Made by a program: the position numbers and the translations under genes. A stretch of 64,000 nucleotides of DNA from Vicugna vicugna (Eukaryota). Below are positions 46,589 through 60,239 of this stretch, one piece after another. The notes under the pieces were generated by a model. It did not search any database. It was not told the origin of the DNA and saw nothing but the letters and a program-made list of their open reading frames with translations. The stretch is taken from assembly GCA_013265495.1 (NCBI GenBank), contig MU057880.1, positions 2,076,527 to 2,140,526 of the forward strand, read 5' to 3'. Position 1 is the first letter of the stretch. The number at the start of each line of letters is the position of its first letter.

Positions 46589-47404
46589 TACGTTTTTCAT
46601 AGTATTCATGCAAAATATAATTTAATATTTTTTTGTTTTTGAACATTTATGGTTGAAGCTTTATAGTTTAAATTTAAATCTAATGCAACTAGGTCAGGCA
46701 TTTGTAGAATTGGGAGAGGATATAAAAATTAAAATGTTAGCAATTTCCTTAGGATGTAGTTTTGAAATCCAAGAGGAGTAACATCAGCTAGCCAAGTTTA
46801 GTTGTCTCTAAATATAAAACTCAAAATGTGTATACATGTAAGCACTTGTGTTAATTAGAAAGGACTGAATGTACTTCCCACAGCACATCTATTTTATACG
46901 AAGTCCTCAGAGGATTTAATAACTGGAGTGAATAAAATTCTAATTTTAAATAATTATTTCTAATAATTAATTACAAATAGTACACAGTGTTACTCTGGAA
47001 AAAAAAATGACAGTTCTTCCATTTTTGAATCTGTTGTTATTAACGTTTTGCAGAATGTCATTCTCATCCTATTAATGCATCATATCATAAAGATGAAGAA
47101 AAAGTTGGATTTTTTAAAAGCAAGTTTTCATAGGCAGGAATCTTGCCATATAGTCTTAAGTATGATGATTAGTCTTTTATTAACGTAACTAATTTGTATC
47201 CTGGTGAATTCTTATGATTTACGCAAATGTAATTTTATTAATGATTTTGCTTTAGAGATAGTATTATCTTCTCTTAGAATTTATATCACTATCAGCTCTG
47301 CTTTCCTTATATTCATCCAGTCATGTTATTCTCTGTATTTATTCTCACATGTTATCCTCTAAGGTTTTGGAAGAACTGTTTTCTGGAATCAACAATAGAA
47401 ACAC

Positions 47405-47466
47405 AAACATTATGCTGCACACCAGAAATTGACACAACATTGTACACTGATTATAATTTTTAAAAA
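47405..47466 (+). mobile_element. ~60-bp L1 3' tail with TSD
   Basis: 'aaacattatgctgcacaccagaaattgacacaacattgta' flanked by 'aatagaaaca' on both sides. Confidence 0.8.
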
Positions 47467-48999
47467 CTAATAGAAACAATTACAGGAAATGGCTCACTTG
47501 TTTAATTACACAGAACAACTTAGAAAATTATAAATACATCATAACAATATATATGTTTAATTACTAAAACGGATTCTTCTTGATTTATCCTTCTTATTCA
47601 AGTGGCTTCCTGTGATAACTTCATTGGTGAGGTACAGTGTCTCTTCTATTATATTCCAGAAGTATGTGAATTACAATCCACTACTGTCCCCGGCCATCAG
47701 CTCGATGACAGTGAAGTGGTTATAAAAATTCCAAAAATTACTTTCTCACAAATATGCAAATTAGAAGATAAAATGGTTATTTGAATGAGCTTTATCGGTA
47801 TGAGAAAAGTCTTTGTTGCTTTGCGTCCTTTGCTTGGAGCAACTTTTGAATTGAAACTCCATCTGCTTAATTCATAAGCTTAGTCTTTAAAAATCACTCA
47901 GCTTCAGCTGCACACACCAGGTTCTTGACTGAATTAGATGCTCTAGTGTAGTGAGCTGTCTCCAGGTATGAGAGTCCTGGGCAAAGCCTGAGCCTCCTCC
48001 CTCCCCTCCCCTTTCTGTGAGCTTGTCCTCCATCCAGGGCATCCCAGGGCCACACAGACGGTCGTCTCCAGGCCCGGCCACCCCTGGTGTCCACAGGGAG
48101 CGCACTGGGCTTGGCCTCCTCCTTCTGTCCCATTTCCCCCACCCAGCCGCATTCCTTAAAACTCAAGCCACCTGTCACAGCTGGAGGTCAGTCGTGTGAT
48201 AAAAGAATTCATACAGTGGAATGTAAAGGAAAACTGCCCCAGGACTTTGCAAAAACAACCCCAAAACTGATTTTTGGAGGTGATATGATTTGAGATAAAG
48301 TGATAAATCCCTAACGGTGAAGTTTTGGTCAGTGTAGCGGGCCAGCGGGAACCAATGTGAGGGCTGAGTTCTTAGGGGAGAGACATCCTTTCACTTCCCT
48401 GCCTTCCAGCTTTGAAAAGCAGTACCGAGCGTAGCAAGAGGGGAAAGGTCTCCATGAGGGTCCACGGGCTTTGAAGTTTGACATTTTTTGTTTCACTTTG
48501 AACAATTTCTTGGATAATTCAGGTACACACATTGCAATCTTTGAACTGAGGAAGCTGAGCCAGAGAAAAACAAATCCAATCTCACTTCAAAGAAAGACAT
48601 GGACCACAGTCTTCAGCATAAATTAATGTGATTATTGTTCGTTTGGCCACCGCAAAGACGATTGAATTTTTAACCAGTTAAAGACGGGATCTGGGGCATG
48701 ATTTTATAAAACCTAAGCCAGATTAGCTTGTTTTATTTGGATCCTGGTTTATCTCAAGAGTTGGAATTCAAATTATCTTCAGAGCCTGATCTAAGCCCAG
48801 GCCATCCTTACAAGAACTGCTTACCTTAGAATCCTGGTGTTTGGTAAAGAAATGAATATTCATCTTCAAGAACAAATACGGAGATCATAAGTTTATTCAA
48901 AAATTAAGGATTTTTAATATGATGTCTCTGTAAGAAAATTAATATTTAAACGCATACTCAGAAATGACCTCTTTGCAGCTTGGATGTGTCCTCAAATGA

Positions 49000-49335
49000 A
49001 ACCACCAGTACCTTGTGAAAAGTGCGGGTGACAAATCAGTAGGTCTAGGGTGGAGCCCAGGAATCTGCTTTTCTATTAAATGCCCCAAAGGAAGCTGGCA
49101 CTGCTGGCCTACCTTGAATGGAAGGTTCCAGAACAGTGTTTCCAACAGAACTTCTGCAACAATGAAAATATTCTCTAACCATGCTTTCAAATAGGAGAGG
49201 CACAGAGCATGGTTGGCAAGTAAGCCACCGAAATACGGCAAGTGAGAATGAATTTTTAATTTTGGTAAACTTAAGTTGACTAAAGGCTAAATTGTCAGAT
49301 ATGGCTAGTGGCTATCATACTGAACACTGCTACTC
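49000..49335. mobile_element. MER5-like fragment followed by a MER3-like MITE
   Basis: 'tcagtaggtctagggtggagcccaggaatctgc' (MER5); 'cagtgtttccaacagaacttctgcaacaatgaaaatattct...atatggctagtggctatcatactgaacactg' (MER3). Confidence 0.7.
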
Positions 49336-51699
49336 CCAGACCCCTAACGGCGTCTGAGAACTGACAGAAGTGAATCCAGCAAAGACCTGGGATGTCTCAG
49401 TGCAATCAATCGCCTTTTTCTAATAAGAGGTGTATCTCCCAGAGTAACAAATTGACATTTTGAGGTAAACCCTCAGAATGATGTACACATGCTGGAGTCA
49501 TGGTAGTGATCCAAAGGAAAAGTTTAAGGATTATCTTGATTCACATGATAAAGAGATAACTAAAGAGGAAAGAGGGGGGAAAACAGAATAGGATGGCAAG
49601 AGAAAGGTTTGAAAGATTCGGAGTGTTGAAGGGACGACCATCATGCTTGAGCATCTCTAGAGAGACAGAAAGATAACCTGAATAAACATAGGAAATTTCC
49701 CTAGGTCTCAGGTGTTTTTCTGTAAAACTCCTTATTACTCTCCATTTTTTTTTTGTGCAGTTAGATACAGTTGTCTTTGCATGTGTTACCCCCCATGCCC
49801 ACATCAATGGGAAAGCCAAGAAAGGCAGGTGGCTCCAAGCTGAGCCTGTGACCTTTATCCCCACCCAGTCTCCATCCTTCACCTCCATCGAACTCTGGAA
49901 TTGACTCTCGGCTTGCATCTTCGCGATCTGTGGAAACTGTGGTTGCAACCGTGATTGTTAAAGAGGATAAGCGCTTTAGCACATCAAATTATAAAATAAA
50001 ATTTCTTAACATAGTTCTATGCATATGAACTTGCATCCTTAACACTGCTTAAACCTTCAGATAGCCCTGTCTTCTGGCGTTTTATTCCTCGTGAAGCAGT
50101 GGACTCACAGTCAGCTGGAAAGAGAAGTCTAGGCTGCTGACTGTGTCACGGGGCTCTCTGAGCCATGTTTTTCAGCAGTTTTATGCTGTCTTTTGACCCA
50201 GATAGCTCTTTATAACCTTTCTGGCCTGATAATCGACTCTGAATTTCCTGCCTACCTGTGAGAGATTCCTGCAACAGATTTTTGCAGACTTTTCCGTTCA
50301 TCGGTTGAGCCCACAAAATCCCTGCTTAAAATGACATTGGTGAAAGCTATGAAGAAAACAGCTATTGTTCAGACTGGAAATGTCCGCGGCCAAGAATAGC
50401 AGCACCTTCTCTGCTGCTGCGTCTGTCATCAGTCTCCTCGTTCTCAGCAATTCCACACCAGCATGCGGGGAATTTGTTGAACAAAGAAAAATCGAATTAA
50501 TGAGCCAACAAAAATGATCGACTTCAAAGACGGGATGGAGGTGGAAAAGGTGAGTGAAAGAATGGACGTGTTCAGTGATGCTGGTGCCTCGCGTGACTCT
50601 TCTAAAAGATGTCACCCATCAACCTTTGAATAAACAAAACATGCCTTCACGGTTGGCACTGCGATCGCCTCTTCCGGGGCAGGTTTGGACAAGATCCCAG
50701 TGAATATATCACCGACACTCATGTCCAGCACTCTAAACCCTAAGTCGTTCTGTTGACTCTTCAGAGCCTCTGATGCCTATTTAACTAATTCATTTATACC
50801 AGCTGCTGTGACTCTGCATGTAAGTACACAGTAGTCCCTGTGTACACCTCGCCTGGAAAGGAGAACGTTGACAATCTCTCTATAAACGCACAAGTCTTCC
50901 TGCTTGGGATGTGGCTCTGATACATCAGCGCCTGAGAGTGCAGTAAGGAGTTGAAGACAGATCTTCCTCAGGGTTCTAGCCACTAGATAGAGCAGGACTT
51001 AACACCAGGAGACTGGGCTCTGCAGTCAAAACAAACAGGGCAGCAGAAGACAGACCCGTTAGAAAGTCAGGACTGACATATAATAAACAGGCATGAGCTA
51101 CCAAAAACAGCTGTCAAAAAGCACACGTTTGAGTGTTCAGTTCAGCCTACAATTGAGTCCAGACACTCCAGAGTGTGGCTCTGGGTGATTATTTGTGGCC
51201 TGCAGAAATTTTACAGCTGAGATTAGTTGTCATAGTCAAGTTAAACAGAGCATTGAGACACTTTAGGGTAATGGCTTCAAACAATCTGATAAATACTTGC
51301 CCCAATTCTGTGCCTCACGGGGGGATCATGGTGACACGGTGGTGCTGCAGGAAAAAGCAGCTTGAGGAATCCAAATAGCATGGAATTAAAATGTGTCCAC
51401 AGCTAGAATTTTTGAAGCATTGTCCTTTAATCCAAATCTTAGGGCTCTTCCTATTTGGAAGCGTTTGAAACAATTTGCCACAGTTTCCTTCTCAGTTGGA
51501 TGAAGAAAATGTCGTCACCCTAAATTTAGCACATGAAACGATGCATTGAAACATGTAAAAATTACAACCTGAAATTCCGCAGGCGCGAAACAGGATCCAA
51601 AACATTTGTTGGGATTAATAATGGCTCAGCTCTCGCTTTAAGAGTTAAATTTGCCTTGAGCAGAAATGTACACTTTACCCTCAGAATTTCATTCAGGTA

Positions 51700-51870
51700 C
51701 CTTAGCATCTCCTAGAGAGTGCATATGAAAACGGGGGAGTCCCCGGACCCCACTCCCTGCAGATTCTGACCTAGTAGGTGTGGGACGGGCACTCGGGGTG
51801 GCTCAGGGGTAAACGGTGCCCAGATCACCTTGCAGACGCTGCCCGTGACCGCCCCGCTACAGAAGGCGTG
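51700..51870. mobile_element. MER5A-like remnant
   Basis: 'cccggaccccactccctgcagattctgacctagtaggtgtgggacggg'. Confidence 0.55.
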
Positions 51871-52319
51871 TCTCTGTCTCACCCACGGAGCGCCTGCGGC
51901 TCCCCTAAGGTCAGGGGTTCCTCTGTGATGAATGCACCTGTGAAAGCAGTCACACCGGGTGCTCCATCAAGCTGCTTTCCTCTCTGATAGTATATGAAGT
52001 CTTAGGAGGAAAACTGCTGCTTCTTGGCCTCACCATTGAAATAATTCTTTGTATCCCTTTTACCAAGTTCTGATGCCCAGTTCAGGGGAAAGGATGAAGT
52101 AAGTTTGACGCATGGTGAAATAATTTTCCTTGATAATGTTTTTCTACTCAAGACATTTTTTTTCTTATCCTTTTCGGAAAATGTTAAAAATACATAAAGA
52201 TTATGTAGTTGAATAAATCAACATCTGACAATAAGATGTTTTCCCCTCATTGTCAGATGCGTGTGTCTGCGTGTGTGTGACAGAGAGACAAGGAAAAGAA
52301 AGTACGGAAAAAGAATGTG

Positions 52320-52421
52320 GAAAGGAATATATGACGTGTGACTGAATCACAGTGATGCGTTCCAGAAATTAACACAGCATTGCAAATTGCCTATACTTCA
52401 ATTTAAAAAGAAAAGAAAAAG
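52320..52421 (+). mobile_element. Short L1 3' tail
   Basis: 'tgactgaatcac...ccagaaattaacacagcattgcaaattgcctatacttcaatttaaaaagaaaagaaaaa'. Confidence 0.7.
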
Positions 52422-52791
52422 AGTATTCTTGGTTGCAGCAAGAGAGAACCAGAGAATCATGCCTGAAGGCAGGGCAGCTGGGACAGTTCCTACATTCTGC
52501 GTGGGACCACATCCCAAAATAAAGGAAAACCAGAAGCAAACGCTGGGCACCGCAAATGTTTACTCCACAGCAAATCTCTGTGGAGACTTAAAGTCCTCTC
52601 ATGAGTGATACTATAACACACTGCTGTTATGATACAAAATGGCAAGTCTTCGTGCCTGACGATCATGCCATAAATACGGAAGAGGAGGGGCGGACAAGGT
52701 AATGTAGAGAAGAGGAACCCTGGAATTCTTAAAAGTTCTTGGCCCTTGTATGTAGTTAACCTTTGGGCCAGGTGGGATTGTCCCATTCTCC

Positions 52792-52935
52792 TTTTTTTAA
52801 ATAATTGTTTATGGGGGGGGGTTAATCTTAGGTTTATTTATTTGTGTATTTTTTTTAAACAGAGGTGTTGGGGGTTGAACCCAGGACCTTGTGCATGCTA
52901 GCGTGTGCTCCACCACTGGGCTAAACCCTCCCCCC
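52792..52935 (-). mobile_element. Vic-1-like SINE
   Basis: Antisense head 'ggggttgaacccaggaccttgtgcatgctagc...caccactgggcta'. TSD-like 'cccattctcc'/'cccattcttc'. Confidence 0.88.
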
Positions 52936-53120
52936 ATTCTTCTTACTGTTCAACTTGAGGTAACTGTACTGAGACTCTAGAGTTCTTCTGGAAATTAAAA
53001 CAAAGAGAAACTGATAATCAGACAATACCCACATCAGGGCCATCCCTCAGTCTTGGCGTTAAGAGCTAATATGAATTTTATAAAACCTCTATGAAGATGT
53101 ATCTAAAGGATGTACAACAT

Positions 53121-53260
53121 TTAAAAAGATTTTGTTGGAGGGAGGTAATTAGGTTTACTTATTTTTATTTCATTTATTTTTAATGGAGGTGCTGGGGATG
53201 GAACCCAGGACCTCAGACATGCTAAGCACGCGCTCTACCACTGAGGTACACCTTTGCCCC
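53121..53260 (-). mobile_element. Vic-1-like SINE
   Basis: 'gggaggtaattaggttt...atggaggtgctggggatggaacccaggacc...catgctaagcacgcgctctaccactgag'. TSD-like 'aggatgtacaacattt'/'aggaatgtgcagcattt'. Confidence 0.88.
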
Positions 53261-53884
53261 AGGAATGTGCAGCATTTTGTCTAATGTTTTGGATGTGATA
53301 TGGGGTGAAATTTGTGCTGCTGTGCTTTTAGAATTTTGGGCACTGAGGGACTGCAGGGCAGTTTTTTCTAAATCATGGTGTTTACCACTCGACAAAGTTG
53401 TATCAGGTACATGCAAGAATGTCCCCTGCATTAAGCACTTAAAAATGCAAATGCATTAGACGCCAGAGGACTCTGCCTGCAGGCCCACTGGGAAACACCA
53501 GAGAATTATTCCCATGTGCCCCTGCGTGCTGGTGTGACTCCTCCACTCACATGGGGGCCCATAAACCACAGGACACATAAATCACTCCTGCAGTCTCACA
53601 TGACCCCCTCCTCGTGCCTTCCATCCTAATAAAAATCAATCTTATTACTTTCATAATGATAAATGTGTTCATGGTAAGTGTGATTTTTTTTTCAACCTTG
53701 AACATTTTAGGATTATAAAGTTATCAGCTTTACACTCAAAGGTTTTAAAACACATTTACGTATAATTGATTTACCATTTAGGACATTAATTGCTAATGTA
53801 TCAAGTTAGGTGTGATTTGATCATTTGATAGCTTCCAAGGGAAAACATTTTAATTCATGATTTAAATCATCTGCAGAAAAGTCT

Positions 53885-54285
53885 GATTTTCCTTGACTGG
53901 AGATGAAGGGATATCCTGATACATCCACTGTGGATTGAAAACATCGCAAGTCAAAAAGACACTGAGTATTTCTAAGCTATCAAACATCAGAGCTCACCTA
54001 ACCCACCTTAAACAGACTCAGAATGCTTACATTAGCCCTCAGGTGGCCAAAATCATCTAAAATGCAAAGCTCATTTTATCCTAAAGTGTTGACTATTTCA
54101 TGTCGTTGAATACTGTACCGGAAGTGAAACCCAGAATGGTTGTATGGTTCCAGAACGGTGGTGAGTATCCGTTGTTCAGTCTTCATGGTCACCAGGTCGC
54201 CCAGCATTACCAAAGAGAACTGTCCTGCAGATCACCAGCCCGGGAAAGACCAAACTGCAAAATGCCAAGTGTGCCTGTTTCTTCC
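53885..54285 (+). mobile_element. Tigger4 (Zombi)-like DNA transposon remnant
   Basis: 'ccttaaacagactcagaatgcttacattagcc...ggccaaaatcatctaa...aaagtgttga.tat.tcatgt...gaatactgtac.g.aagtgaaa..cagaatggttgtatgg'. Confidence 0.8.
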
Positions 54286-55979
54286 CCAAGATCCTCAAGT
54301 CAAAAACTCAGAAGTCAACCCACCAGAAGCCAGGGACCATCATACTAGAAATTCCCCTCCTCTCTCTTTTTCTCTGTTAAGATAGGAATTTCAATTAAGA
54401 TTGTGTTTGATTTTCAAAAGTCTCTTTTCACTGAGTAGCTCAAAAGGAATGCTGTGGTCCCTTGATTCCTAACACATTTAAATATCTTAAATATTTTGTA
54501 AATAAAGTTAATTTTCCTGTAAATTGGGAAGAATTTGGTCTCTATAATTTAAAATTAAACTGAATTATAAAAGTAAGTAAAAAGAGGGGGAAAACCTCTT
54601 GAATAATAAATAATAATCAGCAAAATAATAGAGAAATGCTTAATTTTTCACGCAGGTCCACAAGCATAACAACTGGCAAACTAGTGCAGTGAAGCCAAGG
54701 AATTTTATAATAAAATTCATGAATAACAATGAAGGGGAAGTTGAAGTCTGTGTTGAAAAGACACACTTTCAGCTTCTAGTCTTATAAGCAGTATTTTTAA
54801 ATTCTTTCCATTATTTTAAATTTAAAACAATTTTTTTCCCTATGTTTTGCTATCTATGCTCATTTCCAACAGATTTTTCTCCTCTGGATAGAATTCTAAA
54901 GATGACTTTGGGTTTTAATAGCTTCAGACTCTTGCCTGGAACTACACTGAGAACAGAGCATCAGACTAAAATATGTCTTTCCTACGAAGGGAAGGAATTT
55001 CTAAAATGACAAGATTTTAGAAGGCTTAGGATCTTTTCCTTCGTTCTACATCTGCTTCTGTCGTGGTGATGGGAGCAGCAGGGGAAAAAAGCAAGTTCAG
55101 TTCGCTTGGAGTCCTGCTACAAATTACATGACTCAAGTTTCACTTGGTTTGCATGAATATCTAGACATAATATTGGCAATTCTGTTTCACATCCCCTGAG
55201 TTTTAAACTGATGCAAACTCAGAAGAATAAGCCAATATACTCACAAACCAAGTAAACTTGGGGGACATTTTTCTTGCACTCTAAATAACATTCATTGTAA
55301 TATTTTTCTCAAGAATCCTTAGAAGATTTTTTCTTCTTTACTTCTGACTGTACTAGAAAAAAAAAATTAGTAGCAGACCATCTTTACTTCAGGACATTTT
55401 TTTCTTAGTGTTGCAATGTGTGGATTTTCCTAGCCTTTGTCAGAAACAATATTGAATCAAGTCAATATATATCTTGGCTAAAAGAGTACATTTATTGCTT
55501 TTTATATTAATATCAATATTAATGAAAGATAGCCCCTGGAGCTTCGATTTTCTTCCCTAAGTCTTAATTAAAAGTTTTTTTTGACCCATGCACAAAAATT
55601 ATTTATGTATTTACATTTTATGTTAATTTGGTAAGCCTTTAAGTCTGCCTTTTTATACAGGGTAAATGTTTCTCCTTCATTTATTCAAAACAGATTTACT
55701 AGCATCTAAAATCTAAGACCTTGGGAAAAGTTCAAAGATGTGTATGTGTCATTCGTGAATTTATTCAGCAGCTACTTCTGAGCATTTGCAATGGGCTAAA
55801 TCTCAAAAAGAGACACTAGTACAGACACCCAGTTATGAGGAGGTGCGGCTGCTGCCTGCGAGAATTATTATGTGTGGGCAAATTCTAATGCGGATGTAAT
55901 TAACATGGGTAAATGGAACTGTGTGTCATAGAGCAAGGGTCGGACAGATTAAAGATGCTGCAAATGCAGTTTCTGTGTC

Positions 55980-56365
55980 ACTTTTCCATTCGACAAGTGA
56001 ACTCTAATTTAACCTGGGCTGCCCTTAGTACTTTATCTGACTAACAGAATGCATTGGAAGTAATGTTATAGGACTTTCAAATTCAGACCATAACATGACT
56101 GTGTCTTTATTCCTGACTCTCTTAAAACGTTCACTCTTGGGAGCTCACTCCCTCCGAGAGCCCAGCTGACATATGGAAGCCACAGGGAGAAGCCACACAT
56201 CTTGGTGCTCTCGGCAAAAGCCCCAAATTAACACCCAGGTGGAAGCCAGCATCAATTACCAGCCTTGAGAATGAGCCCTCTTGGACACCTAGACCAGGAG
56301 AAGGTACAGGTGAGCAGGGCCCCAGCTGACCTCACCTGCACCTGTGCTAGAGACCCCAAGTCAGA
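55980..56365 (+). mobile_element. MLT1-type MaLR LTR
   Basis: 'tgactaacagaatgcattggaagtaatg', 'ttcactcttggga', 'agccagcatcaattaccagcc...aatgagcc.tcttgga', 'gccccagctgac', 'gagaccccaag'. Confidence 0.7.
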
Positions 56366-57149
56366 GGCAGGATACACTATACGTTCAGTTTTTTGAACAA
56401 GGAGTTAGAAATATAATTGTGTTGTCCTAATACTAGCTCATCAGCACGAGGTAGGAGCCTGGCGGTCTTTCACACCCTCTGTGTTAGTTTATATGATGGC
56501 GTGGAAAAGCTAAACTGGGAGAACTCCGTGGTTTAACACATCACGTGTTTATTTCTTGATCATAGTAAATATCCAACACACGTGGGTTGGTGGCTCTGTT
56601 CCATAGAGTTAAGATGAGGTCCAGGTTGATGGGGAGGGGCACCACTACCTCACAGCTGCATCTTCTGCAGCACAAGTTCTCCTGCTTGGAAGAAGAGAAG
56701 ACTGGAGAATCATTAGTATACTGAGATGCTATGGCCCAGAATCTGGTCCTCTCCTTTCCAAGCTGTGAAATATCATCTGACCAGCCATGCACCATCAGGA
56801 GTGACTCAAGGTTGATGTATAATCAGAACGACACTATTCCTTTATAATGAGAACTTTTATGGCGCTCATATCTTCCAAGAAGTTCATTCCTTTTATTTGA
56901 GAAAGCTTTGAGGGAATGTAATGGTAAAAAATGCTTGCTTATTCATTTATAATTAATTGTCTAGCTGCTAAGTAGCCTCAACAACATAGATCTTGACCTG
57001 AAGGAAGCTGACATTGAACCTGAAAGATGTTTGGTGAAGAGGAGCAGGACCTAGGAGAAGTTAGCTACAGGAATCCATTGCTTATTGACATTAAAGAGAG
57101 TAGAATGATCTCACCTCCACATTAAGGATGACCTCTGTCAGGTGGAGAC

Positions 57150-58790
57150 CATATGCAAATACACCATCACTCTCCATTCAGCCTAGACCAGAAGTTTCCA
57201 AGGAGGACATCTGAAAATCTCATCTGATCATGGCCCCAGGGTCCAAGCCCAGGATCTGGCGACTGTCTCCAGGTAATGTCTAAGTGTGGCTCCTCTTGAG
57301 TTTGAGACCCATGAAATAAAAAGAACTCACCTGTCCACATGCACATACTCCAAACACAATTGTAGGACAAAGCAGGTTAAGGGCAATAAGCACTACCTTC
57401 TGAAAAGTGGAAGAGTGGGAGCCACAGAGCAGGCGCTGGACCATAGCAATTCTGAAATCCTGCTGGGCAGGTGTTACACGGTCCCCCTGTACCTGGGGGT
57501 GGGGGATGGCTTTTGATTAAGCCCCACGGTGGCTCCCTGGGAACAGCTCTCCAGTCCACTTTCTCCATGGCTCTTGGAACCACCCTCTGGGAAGTTTTTT
57601 CCCCATTATTTCTTTGCTTCTATGTTAAGAGGTCACTGGGTTGATGAGATCTGGGCAGCTCAGCTCGCTTCCCACAACAGAACTGGTGGCCCATGTGTCA
57701 GTTTAGGTTTAATAGAATCATATACCTTTAAATCCAAGCTGGCAGTACCAGGAACACAACTCTGTTAGGGACTTCACTCACTTACATTTTTCACTCCAGC
57801 GTGATAGCTGTGTCAGGATTCTCCGTGAACCATGTCTCTCTCACTAGAGTTAGTTACAACATTTTATTCTTATCAGCCCTCCCTGGGACCAAGTCCTTTT
57901 TTATTTGTCCTCAGCCATTGTATCCAAATGAATTGGAGGCCACAGAAATCCAATCAGTAGTCTTAAAGAAGTCTGTGATGGTCTGAGGGACACAACTGTG
58001 CTTTCTTTTCGCCCTGATGCTGTGCCGTATCAATCAGCATTTGCAGCTCAAGAATTTCTCACTTTTGTCTTTGACTCGCTAGACAAGAGAAACTATTTCT
58101 CCAGATTCTCTTAGACTTTCCATGTCCCCTTTGCAAACAGTGTAAAGCTTTTCTGAGCATAGTTTTTCTTGTATTAGCCTTACAAATCTATCAAATCACA
58201 ACCAATTTCAAACACCAAATGCATTAAGTACATTCTCAGCTCTTATTTGCCTTCAGAAGGTCAGTCAAATGTTAACTTAATGCACAACACGGGGTGCCAC
58301 CTTCCCAGACTCCTAAAACTTTTCTTACCTTACACCAACCAGCCCCAAGGCAATGTCAGAATTTTCCGTTTCCTTGATGTTATTGCGGGGGGAGGAGGGG
58401 GAGCACTTCCATCCTAGATATTACCTTCTTTTGTCAGCCTTAAGTATGTTATGCTTCATAACAAAAATAAATAAACAAATAAAAGGAAAAAAATATCTCA
58501 AAATCATAATGACTGAGCACTGCAAATACTTCATCTCATTCACGTTGCATGTGGTTGGCTGTGCCTCGGGCTGTGTGTGGGATTCAGGTGTGCCCCACAA
58601 CTTGGTGGAAACTTGTCATTTCTTTTAAGCTGTCAGAGTTATCAAAATGTCACTTTTGCTACATTCCATGGGCAAAGCCAATTAATTATATGACCAAGCC
58701 CAAAACCAATGGAGTGGGGAAGTAGGCTTCTCTCGGTGGTTAAGAGCAAAGATTGAATATTTGTTGGCAAATAATAAAATTTACCACATT
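57150..58790 (-). mobile_element. Degenerate MaLR internal sequence plus LTR remnants
   Basis: 'ctcctcttgagtttgagacccatgaaataaaaaga', 'ccatagcaattctgaaatcctgctgggca', and later 'gtcacttttgctacattccatgggcaaagc...ccaagcccaaa'. Confidence 0.5.
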
Positions 58791-60239
58791 TGCTAAACTT
58801 TTGTTAGCCTGACTAGGATGTGAATCAGTGAAAAGAAAGGACAATGTATCAGCATCCATATTTTGTAACTAATGATTAGATGCTAAAATATCATCTATGA
58901 TTTTAACATTTATAGAACTGTTTTAATATAATTACTAGTAGTTACTTAGTTTGAACTCAAGCTGAAACATATTTACTCCTTGCTCTCTCTATAAATGGCT
59001 TTATTAAAATAATGTACATTGAGAACTGCACAGGCTATGAGAAAGTCATAATTAAAATATCAGTAAAAAAAAATGACAGTAATGTCTTTATTTGTAATGT
59101 CAAAGCATATCAAAGTCAATTTATCACCCCTTTGTGCAAATTTCACCATCATTAAATCATCAGAGTGTTGCACTGAAGTATCTTTAGCAAAGAAGTTGGC
59201 TTTTAGTACCATCATAATATTGCCAGTCTGCCCGTCAGCCAGGTTTACCCTCGTTTCCATTTGAAGAATAAGAAAATTCAGTTTTTCTGTAACGTGACCA
59301 GGCATAAAGTAAAACTTCTTCCATGATCCACCCTCCATCCTCTGCGCCCGGAATCAATAGTGTAGAGTTTGGAATGCTTTTGAATTATGTGAATTTTTCA
59401 CCTCTATCCTTCAAATAATATTTACATACAAGGGTCAGAATTAGAACAGTCATCCCAAAGTTTCCAGCCAAAAGGGAAGTGTGAATCACGGAGAATGTGC
59501 TTCTCCGACCAGGAATTTCTCTTATCCACTCTCAGCACCTTTAAAAGTCTCACTCAGCTCCTGACAGTCATTCCAGAATGCTAACAGATCCCTGGCGCTC
59601 TGCGCTGAGCAACAGTATCAGCACCGTTAGCTTTGTCCATGTGCCCTAATCTTCAGCCATCCTGTGACCACTAGGTTATCCATCTGTCAGATCTCATAAA
59701 TGCAGGGATAAGGGTAAAACATTCAATGCGTCGAGAGGAATTTTATACCAGCTGCTGATGTCAATTTTCCACCTGTTTATTTTACAACAAGCTCACATTT
59801 CTAAGGCAGGGCATGGATAACCACATTCAAGGCAAAGACGGGGCCATTTGTTCCAGAGTCGGGGCTGCCTCCTCAGTTCGTCAGGGGTGCAGTACCAATT
59901 CATCCACTTGTCACTGCGATCAGACCTGCTCTTGGACGTGAGCCAGAAAGTACTGGGGTGAGTAAAGGGTAAAGTAAACTTCACAGAATTTTAATTCGCA
60001 GAGGCACGTTCTGCAACTGAAGTCACTTCTTGTTTGTATGTCAAAGTTGAGTCTAAGACCCTAGGTGATCTAAGACATCAATAAATTAGGCCCGCATTCT
60101 CAGATGCAAACCTCAGTTTTCTAATACTTTCTTCCAACAGTTCATATGTAAGAAGGAAGACTTTTATCTGAAGACAGATGAGGACTTGATCTGAAAACAT
60201 ATGGCAGAATTAAGTACCATAGAATAAACATTTAGGAAG

